DNA from: Podarcis pityusensis
Lineage: Eukaryota
Assembly (NCBI GenBank): GCA_964106645.2
Contig: OZ067042.1
DNA: 64,000 nucleotides
Strand: one strand, 5' to 3'
Position numbers and translations under genes: made by a program. Within the stretch, counting starts at the first letter, position 1. The number at the start of each line of letters is the position of its first letter. Below, piece after piece: positions 52,043 through 64,000 of the stretch. The notes below the pieces were generated by a model, which saw nothing but the letters and a program-made list of their open reading frames with translations, did no database searches and was not told the DNA's origin.

Positions 52043-54293
52043 CTATTCTTGCTTTTTAAAAAGTGCTGCAGTCCAGATATTCAGTCCATGAGCTATTCAG
52101 TTAGAACAGAGATAACTAGTTCAGCAATGCTAGCCTTGCAAGTTCCAAGGCAGATGGTAGAAAGTCATGTGACTGGATTTTAAAAGTCATGTAATAATAT
52201 ATTTTGCATTTATAAGATAATTGAGATATTGTTAGCCATTAGTGGAAGACTAACTAGTAAGCTTGATGAAATCATTTTTTCTACACAAAGACTACAGCCT
52301 ATCTTCCATGAAGCTTAAGTATAAACATTCTTAAAAGCTGCACAATTCTGGAAGGTAATAAGCTACTTGTTATTACTAACAACTTTTAAGAGGTAGCCAG
52401 TGGGAAAGAGGAAGGGTAAGTGGTGGCAAGTGTACAGTAGTTACCAGACAATTTGCCAACATGTAAATTTACAGATGCCCGCATCCTACAAGCAGGATAG
52501 ATTCTCTCTTCTTTTTCTTAATAAGCTGGATAGATTCTCAATGAATTACTGCTGTGTTTCATATAACACCTAAACTCTCAAGGGATCCAACTCCATTCCC
52601 AGCATATGGAGTATACAGCAACTTCTAATGCACACAGGAACTCACTTTTTAGCAGCTGCAGCTCAGTGAAACAGTGTCTCCTTTTCCAGCAAACAAGTAC
52701 CAAAGCTATGGTTGTACAGACCCCCTTTAAGACTCTTATCCAGAACTTTATTATGAATCTAAATCTTTCTGTTCTCTCCTCTATCGAAACAATTTTGGAA
52801 CTGTTTCAAGTCTGTTTGTAACTACATTATTAGTACAGTTAAGGAGGCTTGTTAATATTTGCTGTCCATGCATTTATATGCTAAAATGTACTATTTGGCT
52901 CACAAAAATGGAAAACATTCAAGTTCATAATTATTCAAAGTAATGTTATTTAAAGCAAACCTAAATTTCAAGATCATCTATACTGTTTAACAATAAAGAA
53001 TATTTAGTTTTTCAACATGTATTTTTGCAATTTAAGGGGCCAGAGTAAGGTCTGAAAAAGGTCTACTTATTAATAGAGAGATGGGGCAGTACCTCATTAC
53101 ACCCTGTCCAATTAAATACTTCTTTGGTTCTGCGAGAAAACCAACTAGAAGACCCATGTTATTCTTCCAAGGTAGAGATTCACAATCCTTTTCACTATCA
53201 CTTTTCATCTGTGTCTGGTGTAGGTGAAGTTTTACACATATGAAATAACATGCAGAAGTGGAGAATAGCCAGCTGTGCATGCTTACAAGGATTTGAGGCT
53301 TACAGTAGCTAACAAAATTAAGTGTGACTCAACAACATCAACCTGTGACAAAGATTAATTCTAATTTGCATTACATTAAGACTTAAGTAATAACAGTATT
53401 TGTCGGTAAGACACTATTTCTAGTGGGTCAAGTTTCTGGTTCAATAGCTTAAGAAAGTGTTTAAAAGCTAGTGGATTCTGTATATATGTGGAACTCTCTC
53501 TGGTAAATTATATGAGGAAATGCTACAGGAATAGGTATATGTAGCCTTGAGACCAGAAAGGCAAGTGGGCAAACAAATTATTTCAAGAAATACCAGAATG
53601 GAAAGAATGAATGGTTTTTTCAGCTTTCTATGAAAACAAAGCAAAGAAGTTACAGGTTTAAAGTGGGAATTTGATGCACACTCCCTTAGGAGAAAGCACA
53701 ATTGAACACAGTGGGATTTTATTTAGTAAACATGTATCAGATTGCACTGTAGATTACCTAACCGTAATGATTCAGAAAATGGACAAGTTGCTTAAGCTGA
53801 ATGTGAAAATTTCTTAAGGTTTTTAAGAAAGCTAAAAAGAAAATGCTAGACAATAATATTTTAAAATGCTTTATTTTCTAACACATATGTATTGACTTTT
53901 CAGCAAAGTCCAAGTGGCATACAAAATAATCCAACTTTAGGGCAAACAATTGCTTTTAATAGCTTATGGATTTCTCTCGTCTCTAGAATGCATTAAAATA
54001 AACATACATTATAATGTAAGATGAAGGGCAAAATTCTTCAGGTCCATTAAAGTACTGCGTATATGTTCACTTCCAAGGGGAAAGAACAAAATGTTCAACT
54101 GCTACAACCTTGCATTTGTTCTTTCAAAAGCACTTGGTCAGCACCAACGTTTTCTTTTAACATAAGCACCACAATCAGAGGTTGACAAATGCAGTTACCA
54201 TATCTTAAGATGCTGGCAACCACCTGCTACCTCCAGTACAAGATGAGAAACGTGGGGCTCATCTCTAATGTTGTTCGGGACTTTGGAAGAATG

Positions 54294-54373
54294 TAAGGGC
54301 CTGCTGGATTGGGCCAATGACCCATTCAGTCAAGCATCCTGTTCTCACAGTGGCTAATCTGATGCTTGTGGGG
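54294..54373 (-). mobile_element. Short CR1-type LINE 3' fragment (antisense)
   Basis: gcctgctggatt.ggccaatgacccat...agcatcctgttctcacagtggc is a common sauropsid retroposon terminus. Confidence 0.5.
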
Positions 54374-54555
54374 CTCAGAATGACACAAGCCACAAGGTCC
54401 TGACCCTGCACCAAATCTCCTTTGAATGTCGGAAGACTAGGTGGAGAACAGGGTCAGTGATAACCACAACTGATTCCTGGCTAACAAGGTCAGTCAAAAT
54501 CTGTGGATCTTGTTTAAAGCCCTTCACCAGAAGACACACTCTTATGTGTAGGATA

Positions 54556-54901
54556 AAGATAAAGGTAAAGGGACCCCTGACCATTAGGTCCAGTCGTGAC
54601 CGACTCTGGGGTTGCGGCGCTCATCTCGCTTTATTGGCCAAGAGAGCCGGCATACAGCTTCCGGGTCATGTAGCCAGCATGACTAAGCCGCTTCTGGCGA
54701 ACCAGAGCAGCACACGGAAATGCCGTTTACCTTCCCGCCGGAGCGGTACCTATTTACTTTGATGTGCTTTCGAACTGCTAGGTTGGCAGGAGCAGGGACC
54801 AAGCAACGGGAGCTCACCCCGTCACGGGGATTCAAACCACCGACTTTCTGATTGGCAAGTCCTAGGCTCTGTGGTTTAACTCACAGCGCCACCCGCGTCC
54901 C
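54556..54901 (-). mobile_element. Full-length Sauria SINE
   Basis: Reverse complement of the gggacgcgggtggcgctgtg head and (acctt)n tail; perfect 12-bp TSD atgtgtaggata. Confidence 0.95.
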
Positions 54902-55400
54902 AATGTGTAGGATACCACATACTTAAAAGATGTCACACACAAAGAACTAAACACACAAAGAAAGTTGTAATTGACACGAAGGACTATATTTTAAGTAAAT
55001 AAAACCGCCTTTACTAAGCGGCTGCTGTAAGACAATTTGAGTATTCAGCTCCAATTACATGCATTCTGCTTATGAGCAAATTGCCAAAATACTTGCCAAG
55101 TGTGATTACAGGCACAATTCACTACATGGAGGCTGGAAGTACACTATCAAACCCATTAATTTCCCAGAGAGTAAGTTTCTTTTCTGGCAGACCCAGCATC
55201 CATCTGGAATATGCTTAATAAAATGAGGGCACATAGCTGTTAGCACTTTCGCACCATTTTCAGCACAGCTTTTCTCCATTCCCTTATGCACTACTAATCA
55301 ATCCATGCCTCTCTTCTTTCCGTTCTATGATTTACTTAGTCATTAATGGCCAGCAAATTGCAAATGGTTGCAAGGGGCTATGAACAGAAATGTGGCATAC

Positions 55401-55688
55401 CTTGTTCGCTAGGATCCAACTGAGACTTTCTGACAGTGAGGTCCAAGGGCGAGTCCTGGTCAGCCATGAGAAGTTTGCTGAGCACAGGATTTTGAGCCGT
55501 TGCACCCACAGGGGATGAGGCTACCAGAGATGCTTTCAGCAGGCTTTGGTTCTTTGTGCTATTGGGCGAGCTGGAGTCCTGAGTAGAGCTAGTTTTTGAG
55601 GTATATTCAGCAGCAAACTGTCGAATCATCCGCTGCATGATCTCACGGGCCACTAGGGGAATGTTGGGGTCAGAGACCCTATGACTGT
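55401..55688 (-). CDS. LCOR: LCOR shared exon containing the conventional ATG (55638), the LxxLL NR box (LSKLL, 55468-55482) and the CtBP motif PLDLT (55435-55449)
   Basis: Acceptor ttttaccatttag|AC and donor CAAG|gtatgc; encodes [15 protein letters not shown]; the 50 nt before the ATG are open and in frame ([16 protein letters not shown]). Confidence 0.95.
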
Positions 55689-57085
55689 CTAAATGGTAAA
55701 ATAAAATTAAATAAATAAGAAGGAAGTTTTATGTAGAACAAATTTTAAAGCAAGACAACTTCCGATACTGAGGGTTGTGGGTTTTCTTAATTTAAAAAAG
55801 CTACAATATTATAACGTGTAAGTGCAAGATAATAAAAAGGCACAGATCTTACATCAGGGGCTCTCTTAATTGCATCTTCAAGATCTGAAGCAACTTACAG
55901 AATTGTGCACCCATTCCCTACAGCTCCCTCTCTTAACTGCATTTAAAAGAGCCGCTATGTCTGCACCAGCTCCTTAAGATCACAATGCCCAATTTTTAAC
56001 ACAGAGAATTTAAAAATGATATAATACATTCACAAGAATGAAATAATTTCTTCAATGCTGGAATGGGAAGAGGGAGGCAAATTAAGCATGTATTTCTTTG
56101 TATGGCGGTTTAAAGAATCACATTCCAGTATAGCAGCCCTTTACCAACATAAGACAGAGACCCTATGTATGTCCCCAAATTGAATTCTAGGTCTGCAATA
56201 ATCTGCCCACCAAAATAAGCTGAGCTACAGAGCATGAACTAATAAATTATCAATGTGAATCTCACCTAAGCCGAAATTCTCTAGGTAGAATTAGATAAGC
56301 AATCTTAAATCCACAATTTCTCTTACCTTCCCCACAACCACATGGATATAATATTTGCCTATTTACTGGTTCTGAGATAATATATGTGTGGTACTTTGAA
56401 CACAAACTCTGCTGTGTAGATGCTATTATTACTAACTCCCCAAAATTCTTCTCTTCCCACCAGTCCAGCTGCCTGAGAAATCTTGGGCACTACCAGGGCT
56501 TTTTTTCAGCTAGAACTCACCAGAACTCAGTTCCAGGTGGGTGTGATTGCCATTATAAGAGAAAAAGAGAAGTGTTCATGGCACCTCTTTTTCTAGAAAA
56601 AAAAGCACATGGCACCCTGCATGGAGACAAACTACCCAGAGGGTGGTGAGCCTTTTGGGCCCAGTGGGACAGAACTTTATCTCCCCTCAACTCTGTGAGC
56701 CAACTTCTAACAGGTGGGTAGGATTGCCCAAATGTCAATCATCTAACATCACAATAACACCGGAGGATTGATACATCAACATTGGGCCACAGGAGTCAGA
56801 GGACTCAGGAGATAGTTCAAAAGTCTTGTTCTTCTCTGTATGCAGCACTTCACAAATGCCTGAAAATTGTTGGGCCTCTGGGAAGTGCTTGGGAAGCATG
56901 TCAGGTGCAAGATATATTTAAAGGTGTCAACCAGTGTCCTTTATAGATTATTTGTACAGATTAAAAACCTTGAGATTTTATGGAAATAATACATGGCTAT
57001 CTCAAAAAAAGTATATTAAAAAGATCAGTTAGCTAAGCATGCAAGCCAGTTAGAGTATTGATTTCATTCTTTCATCATTACCAAC

Positions 57086-57218
57086 CTTTTCGATAAAAGA
57101 CTGCATGGATAAATTCTTCCGCTTGCCTCTCGAACCGAATGATTTTCGCTTGCTCTTGTCTAAGCAGAGCTTGGTGCCCAACTTCCAAAGCTGGCTCATC
57201 CAGACTGACTAAGTGTTC
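57086..57218 (-). CDS. LCOR: Upstream in-frame LCOR exon (N-terminal extension: [44 protein letters not shown])
   Basis: Acceptor tatttttcatag|GAA and donor AAG|gttggt; 133 nt, no stop, phase 1 joins exon 55688 in frame with the ATG; resembles the LCORL N-terminal segment. Confidence 0.8.
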
Positions 57219-58199
57219 CTATGAAAAATATTTAATACAAATGTAAAAATATAAACACCTCTTCTTTTTTTATGCTGACTTTAAAAAAACTGCTCACTGT
57301 AAAGACAGTGATACAATTTGATCTGATACAATTTGGAATATACGTCAGAATTTGTCAGCCATCTCTCATTGCTTAACATTTAGGGCTGCACATTTATTAA
57401 GAAGCAGTTTCCACTAAACTCAGTGGCAGCTACATCTGAGTAAATATATTCAGGATCTTAATTCATTTTAAATGATGAATGCACCAACAAAGTCACAATA
57501 TTAAATACAAAACAAGAAAGACAGAACCATCTTTTCATTATTTAATAAAATTTACCATATAAGGAAAAGTATTCAAAATTTTCACTTCAAACTGATTAAA
57601 CACAGGGTTGTTCCAACCAAGGCATTGGGGGTGTGTGTGGAGGAATGGCAACCTGCCTGGCTGCTGATTGCAACTCTACATTATGTGAACGGGCAGGGGA
57701 AAATTGGTTCAAGGAAAATATGGGGGGGGATTATGTCGCCACTGCTGCTTTTCCTACTAAGTTCTGCGCCAGTCTTGAAAATTTTACCACTTTCTCCTGC
57801 CCTCCAAAAAAACTACTTCATTTTTCTCCTCCCACCCACCTAAAAGTCCCTTTCCATCAAAACCTCTACCACACTACTCATAAACTATATTTAGGGAGAG
57901 TACATGCAAAGTAGCTAAGGAAACTGATCAACACTGAGGTCAAATCACATGCCCAGTTAGGCATGTAGGTAACCTATCCATTTTCTGTCAAGGTTGAACT
58001 TAAATCTCCAGAGTCAAGATTTTATGAAAAAATGACTGTCTGAGAACCCAATCATAAGCACACAATGAAATTCAGTTTGTTGATGCTCTTACCCCTATTT
58101 AAGAAATTGGGAACTTTACATCTGAAATAGACCTCTTTAAAAGAAATCCCACATCAAGCACAGCAGTTTGTGAAATCACTAATACAGGAAACAGTTACA

Positions 58200-58560
58200 A
58201 AGTCCCTACTTTCCATATGCAACCACTAGATAGCACTCCTGGCCATGGTTGCCACCTGGCCTTTCCAAGAAGAAACCTGGATTCAGAAGATATTGCCAAG
58301 CAGCAAACCAGGTTCTTTAAGAGGAGTGTGATTACGTTCAACAGGAATTTCCCCCTGTCTCCATTAAATCCCTGTTGATTAATTCTTATCCAAAATAGTC
58401 TGTAGGTATTTATGCAGGATGAGGACAGATGCTGCTGGATCCAAAATAAAGAAAAATTGCAGTTTGATGTTATCCACATGCAACTCTTTCCAACAGTCTA
58501 ACCATCTCAACCCAGTGACATTATACAGCTGTTAAACCATATTGGCAAGTGAGTATCTCT
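58200..58560 (-). mobile_element. Highly decayed LINE reverse-transcriptase remnant
   Basis: Minus-strand translation resembles the FN...LG....(Y)ADD.QL RT region; many lesions. Confidence 0.35.
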
Positions 58561-61136
58561 AAAAGGTATCATAGAAGTAGTAAAGGTGCAAAAATGATAA
58601 TCAAGGTCACAGCCTTTAAAATATTGCTTTAACTATGGGAGCACGTGTAAGTAGTTCCTGAATGTTATAGATGGAAATGAAAAGAAATGCTCGGTAGAGC
58701 CTTTCTTGTACTAAAGTGAAGAAAATGACAAGATGGTGTGCTCACCCTAGTTTTGATGTAACAAAATAAGTGGAGGGGGAAAAACACACCTCTTTCCATT
58801 TGTAGGTTCTCATAAATAATTATTTCACCCCACACAATATATAAATAACATGAAATTTCTATAAGACAAGATGGTTTCTAGTAGATATAAACCTATCAAT
58901 GAGTATTAGACACAATACCTAAATGTTATGCTCAAGTTCAAGAAGCAACATACCCTTCAGAATCAAAGTCTAGAACTGAAACAACAGGAGGCACCCATTA
59001 TCATTCTGTTCTGTTTCTGAGCTTTCTAGTTATTATTCACCACTGTTGGAAACAGAATGCTGAGCACAACTGAATGGACAGATCCATTTTTAGGTTCTTA
59101 ATCCAAAAGGTCGTCAAAACATTGCCCTTCAACACACACACACACAATGGGAACAAAGAAAAAGAAAGGACTTTAAAATATATGATCAATGCCCGTTAAG
59201 AGGTTGGGTATGAGGTAAAGTTTCTAGCATGTCTTAAGAAACACTCTCCCAAGTGCTTCAGGCAACTTATACCTTTAATATCCCACATAACTCCTTGCCA
59301 GAATTATGCAAAATAAGCAGCTTGGCTTAAGCTCTTCAACCTATGCATAATTTATAAAGGCTAAATAATTTTATTTTTTTCTTGGCACAATTTAGTTTAC
59401 CTTGCTACCTGTTTGATTCAATTTTTGAAACAGAAGTGCCCACATGAATTTTAAGACCCTACTTTATTCTGCTTTGTCTGAAAATCCATCCTTTCCTTAC
59501 AGGTAAAAATACCTTGTATAGAACAAGGTACCTAATGCTAGTATATATCAGTAAAGAACTCACAGCACTTTAAAAAAAAATACTTTCAGTAACACTGGCT
59601 TCATTGAATAGGGTTGCTGCTGTCCACATATGCCAACTGAATATGGTGTTATAGCGGTGAAGGACAAAAGTGGATCGAAAAGCAATTGTAAGGAAGGAAT
59701 AAAGAAGTGGATCAATTACAGTTAGGCACCAAATGTCTTCAAGGAAAGAACTACCCTGTGTGCTGGTGTATAGCACACTGTCAAACATAGGCTAATAACA
59801 CAAAACACAACATGCTCAACAGTTCCAAAACATCAACCACCCTCAGACTAAGGCTAGGTAGGGTATTATGTAGCCCCAGCAAATCTTAGTACAAAAAAGC
59901 AACAGTGAAGGATATCTCATGTATCCAGATCACAGCAAGGACTTACACCACTCTTGACCTATAGAACCACAATACGTAGGATCACAAGAAAGAACTTGGT
60001 GATGCGAAACTTTAGTGAAAATGTACTGTACACAAACCCAAGGATAACAGGGTGCTGATAAAAAAGTGCTACAGAAAACAAAGAAAAATAGAACATTTGT
60101 GAGTTCTGACTTTCCAAAGGAATTCTACAGTATTTATTCATGTCACACTTTCTTCCACAAGGCAACTCAACGGTGCATAGATAGGGTTCCCAAGTGCTTT
60201 CCCAATCAGGCACTGGCCAGAACCAATGCTACTTTAGCTTCAGCAAGCCTGTTGCAACATGTGCCCTCAAGCCATGCCCTAGGATCTGGACACAAATGCC
60301 AAACAGAAATTTCAACTCTTAAGCTAAAACGCAAGATGCAACACAAAGCACCAGCACTGGTAACCAAGGGAGGGGGAGGGCAGTTTAACACCAAAGTGTA
60401 TCTTAACATACACCCAGAACAGGGATGGGCCAATGATCAGCACCAAGATCAAGAAATGTTTATACCCAGGTAAGTCCCCAAGAGAAGCTACTAAAGGAAT
60501 GCCAAGCACAAACAACCAAGGCCTTGGATTTCAAGCACTCTGCTCACTGGCGGTGCTAGATCTAACAACTCTATACTATCCTTTCTTGCATAATAAGCAC
60601 AACCAGAAAATACACGGCAGAATAATCATGACTAAAGTAAACTATGACTGCCTACTGTAAACCACTTAGAAGTCTTTCGTTGTAGTAGACTGAAAATAAA
60701 TGTTAAATAAATAAAAAATAACTTCAGTGCAATATGCTCCTCTGGAAAGATGCATACAGTCCCTAATATTAAATTTTCCAACATATAAACCCCACCTCAA
60801 TTATGGAGGTGACCACAATGACAAGAGGAGCATGTATCAGCGAGACTGATGGAATGGGGATACAGATTGAGGCTTTCTTGTGCACTGACCAATCCACTCC
60901 TTTGCAATGAATGAATATATATATGAATGATTTGGTACCTACTTTTCTTTATAAAATAATCTGAAACCAGAGTATAACACAATAAAATGAATTAAAAATC
61001 AAGCAATCAATGAACAATAAAACATACATAGCTCAATAGCTATTTAGAAAGTGCAGTGACACAGATTCAATCCAAAGCCCAGATGGTTAAGTAGGTCTTC
61101 AACTAGAGCTGAACGCTAACAAGAGTTTCCACCAAC

Positions 61137-61279
61137 CAGTGTTTCCTTCTAGAAAAAAGGTACCAGTGCTCGCCATGAAGTTGTTACATTAAGTGCCACA
61201 TTTTTAAGCAGTGCTTTTCTTCTAGGAAAAAAAGTGCTGGTACTACGTAACCTTGAGTACCCCCAGAAAAAAAGCACTG
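61137..61279. mobile_element. Short MITE (related copy near 56494-56608)
   Basis: Termini cagtgtttccttct / agaaaaaaagcactg; degenerate 8-bp TSD ccaccaac/ctgccaac. Confidence 0.55.
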
Positions 61280-62517
61280 CTGCCAACTGTAAATGAAGGG
61301 TAAGGGAGTTCCACCATCAGGGCACCATGCACCCCAGGCGCAAACTATCTGATACTACTGTTAGCATGCATCTTTTTTGCATTGCAAACTACGATGAAAT
61401 ACCCACTAAGGCAAGGGTGCTTCCCTACTTGGTACCACACAAACAGCTAAGATAGCCTGGAGAAGAAGCAATCATTGAACACTACTTGAAACCACCAGAA
61501 GAACTGAGAGAGCTGAAGCAGTTAATCCATTTACTTGACACTATTGGAGGTGGTTCAAGCCCAGGAACACCTCTCCTGCGCACCACCACAGACTTCACAC
61601 ATATCATGTGTATGCAACAGTGCCCACAAAGGGATAACTGAGGCACTAACTGCCTTGCTGCAATAGCCACCAGAATGGGGTTTAACATCTTCCCAATGAG
61701 TAGTCACTCCTTATCAGCCATGATGATCTGGCAGGCCCCTCATTCCTGCCTCACCTAGAAGTGCCAACTTCTAGAATGTAGCCAAATAATTATTTTTATT
61801 TATAATCCACCAACTCATTAAAAAAAAACTAAGGTGGTGTACAGTTAAATCATTAAAACACCTTAAAATCTTAGGCTCATAAAATACAGAATGAATGGCC
61901 AACAGTGAAAATACAGGGGAAGATGGGAAATGAACACAAAGTGAGAGATGACCTGGGGATATGAGCATTCACTGACTCATTCCACCCACAATGGTCATTG
62001 AACTGTCAACCACTCCAACTAGTTTCCCCATCCTCTGTGGGACTTCACAGTTGAGGACACCAATAACTGCACTTGGAAACTTGTCATGAACAAACAAAAT
62101 ATTGCACCCAAATTTTGTGGTCCACTTGTATCATTAGTGGAACAGAGCCAACAAGACAAAGATCAGGAGTTGAGGTTGGGATGTTGCTCTCACAGAGCTA
62201 GGTTCTCGCCCCACTGTCTCAAATAAACTGCCTCTCTGCTACCTCTATCATTTACCATCTGAAACTGTTGCCAGCAAGAAATCTATTCAGCATATTGCAC
62301 TTGTACAAAAACATTATCAGTGGCACTAGCATCATCTAAGAATGAATTTATGCAAACCATACCCATATACTCACAGGAACAGCCTAAATATCCTAGAGTC
62401 TCAAGTGTAATACACAGAATCTACACCTAATATGCCATTCTGCAAGGCATGGATGACCAACTGGCTAGACTGCTGATGCAGGCAAACTGCCAATGGCATG
62501 TAAGAACTCTGCTAAAC

Positions 62518-62990
62518 TATCTGCACTGGCTGTCCATTTGCTACTGGGACCAGGTTCCAGGCTCTTGTGGTAATATATAAAGCCCTGAACAACTCGAGTC
62601 CAGGATACCTTAAGGACCACCAGAGCCCTTATATCCAAACTCAATCATTAAGATAATCCAGAGGAGCACATAGCTGTTCCCTGAGTTACAGAGGTCCAAC
62701 TGGCTTCAACCAGAGGGAATTTAGTGTTGCCAGGCCCATGCTGTAGAATATTCTTCCACCAAAGAAACAGGAGGCACCCTTGCTACTGACTTTTGGGTGT
62801 CTCATGAAGAGCTTTTTATGCTGACAGGTTTATAAAGTTATTTAAACTTTCCTGATTAGCCAATCATTTTAATGATTACTATTGGGGGGGGGGTTGTTTT
62901 CATGGCATGTTATGTTTTATTGTATATACAGTACTGTTGTACATCACCTTGATATTTTATGAGTTGGCAGTATACAAATATTTCTATAAA
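62518..62990 (+). mobile_element. L2 LINE 3' fragment
   Basis: ctgcactggctg (LHWL)...tataaagccctgaac...ccaggataccttaaggac (YKALN..PGYLKD) is an L2 ORF2 C-terminal motif, followed by an AT-rich tail. Confidence 0.7.
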
Positions 62991-63369
62991 TAAAAATGAT
63001 AAAAGCAGTGCAAAGCAACACCATTATCGCACAGCATAGCCATCTGCAATGCAGACACTTTGGTTACAATCTTAACACCCTATCACTGATCTATGACAGA
63101 ATCTCTGTGAAACAGGCATCATCATTGCCTCTTGTCTAAGAGAAGGGAAGAGTACAAAAATGGTTCCACATATGCAATAAAGAAACTTCTGCTAAGCTTG
63201 GACCCTTGTAGATCAAAATGAGCACTCCACACAGATCCCTATTCAGCTTCTTAAACATGACATGGGACTGATCTACTTCCCTCAGTGGACTCCGGCATAA
63301 CTGTACAAAGGGTCATGGAGTACAGACCACAAGTACATGCATGCCATCAAAGTTTCTTAACACCTACTT

Positions 63370-63900
63370 AAATAGCTAAAATGTATAAGACAAAAACAAA
63401 TCTGTGCTGGAGGTGTGGTAAAACAGAGGGGAAACATACATATTTGGTGGACCTGTGAAAAAATCAAAAGCTTCTGGAACACAGTGTATGATGAGCTTAA
63501 CAAAATGTTTAAGTATAACTTTATGAAAAATACAGAAGCTTTTATACTACGGATAACGGACACAGGCATAGCAAGAGATGATCAAAAATATTCCTTGATG
63601 CCATAGGAGCGGCAAGGATCCTAATTGCTAAAAACTGGAAAAAAGAAACTGTGCCAACAAAAAAGGAATGGCAAGATAAACTGTTACGAGTATACTGAAC
63701 TGGCTAGATTAACAGAGGCAATTAGAGATCACACTAGACAAGTTTCAAAAAGCATGGGGGGAAATGCAGAGAATACTTCACAAAACAGTGCCCTAAAATA
63801 CATACCTGGACTTGTTTCGATTAATGTCTGCAGGAGACTTTGTGGATATTTAAGTTATAATTAGAAAAATCTTAATAATTATTCATAAAGGACACAATTT
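63370..63900 (+). mobile_element. L1/Tx1-clade LINE ORF2 C-terminal fragment
   Basis: tgctggaggtgt (CWRC)...HIWWTCEKIKSFWNTV cysteine-rich zinc-knuckle region; frameshifted. Confidence 0.7.
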
Positions 63901-64000
63901 ATAAGAAGTAAATAAGGAGGCCAGATACAGGATAAAGGAAGTCTTTTATTTGGTTGTTTCTATTGTTGTATGTTATGTTCACTGTGGGGTTTGGGTGGGG

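Noticed and set aside
57219-64000. Further upstream LCOR exon or promoter
   Set aside because: No CpG island and no exon with the expected LCORL-like upstream peptide was found by eye; presumably beyond the window
1-64000. CRISPR arrays, operons or other prokaryotic systems
   Set aside because: The sequence is spliced vertebrate DNA and no regularly spaced direct repeats were seen

Overview
Vertebrate genomic DNA from a squamate, very probably a lacertid lizard (two full-length Sauria SINEs). The window holds two genes arranged tail to tail. On the + strand are the last nine coding exons of SLIT1 (EGF repeats, laminin-G, EGF repeats, C-terminal cystine knot; stop at 7245). On the - strand is most of LCOR. 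Two shared coding exons (55401-55688 and 51135-51228) splice to either of two alternative terminal exons. The first (47174-48143) is the HTH/pipsqueak exon and gives a 433-aa LCOR. The second (20161-24853) is the 4.7-kb C10orf12/PALI1 exon and gives a 1674-aa PRC2/G9a-associated protein. Each terminal exon appears to have its own ~8-9 kb 3'UTR. The most notable hidden feature is a 133-nt in-frame exon (57086-57218), missing from the ORF track. It extends LCOR upstream of the conventionally annotated MQRMI start with LCORL-like sequence, and it has a tandem donor that would create a stop at the splice junction. The rest is intron/UTR containing SINEs, LINE fragments, hAT and Tc1/mariner MITEs, long hairpins and microsatellites. 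No prokaryote-type systems are present. Comparisons with human proteins are from recall, not from a database search.
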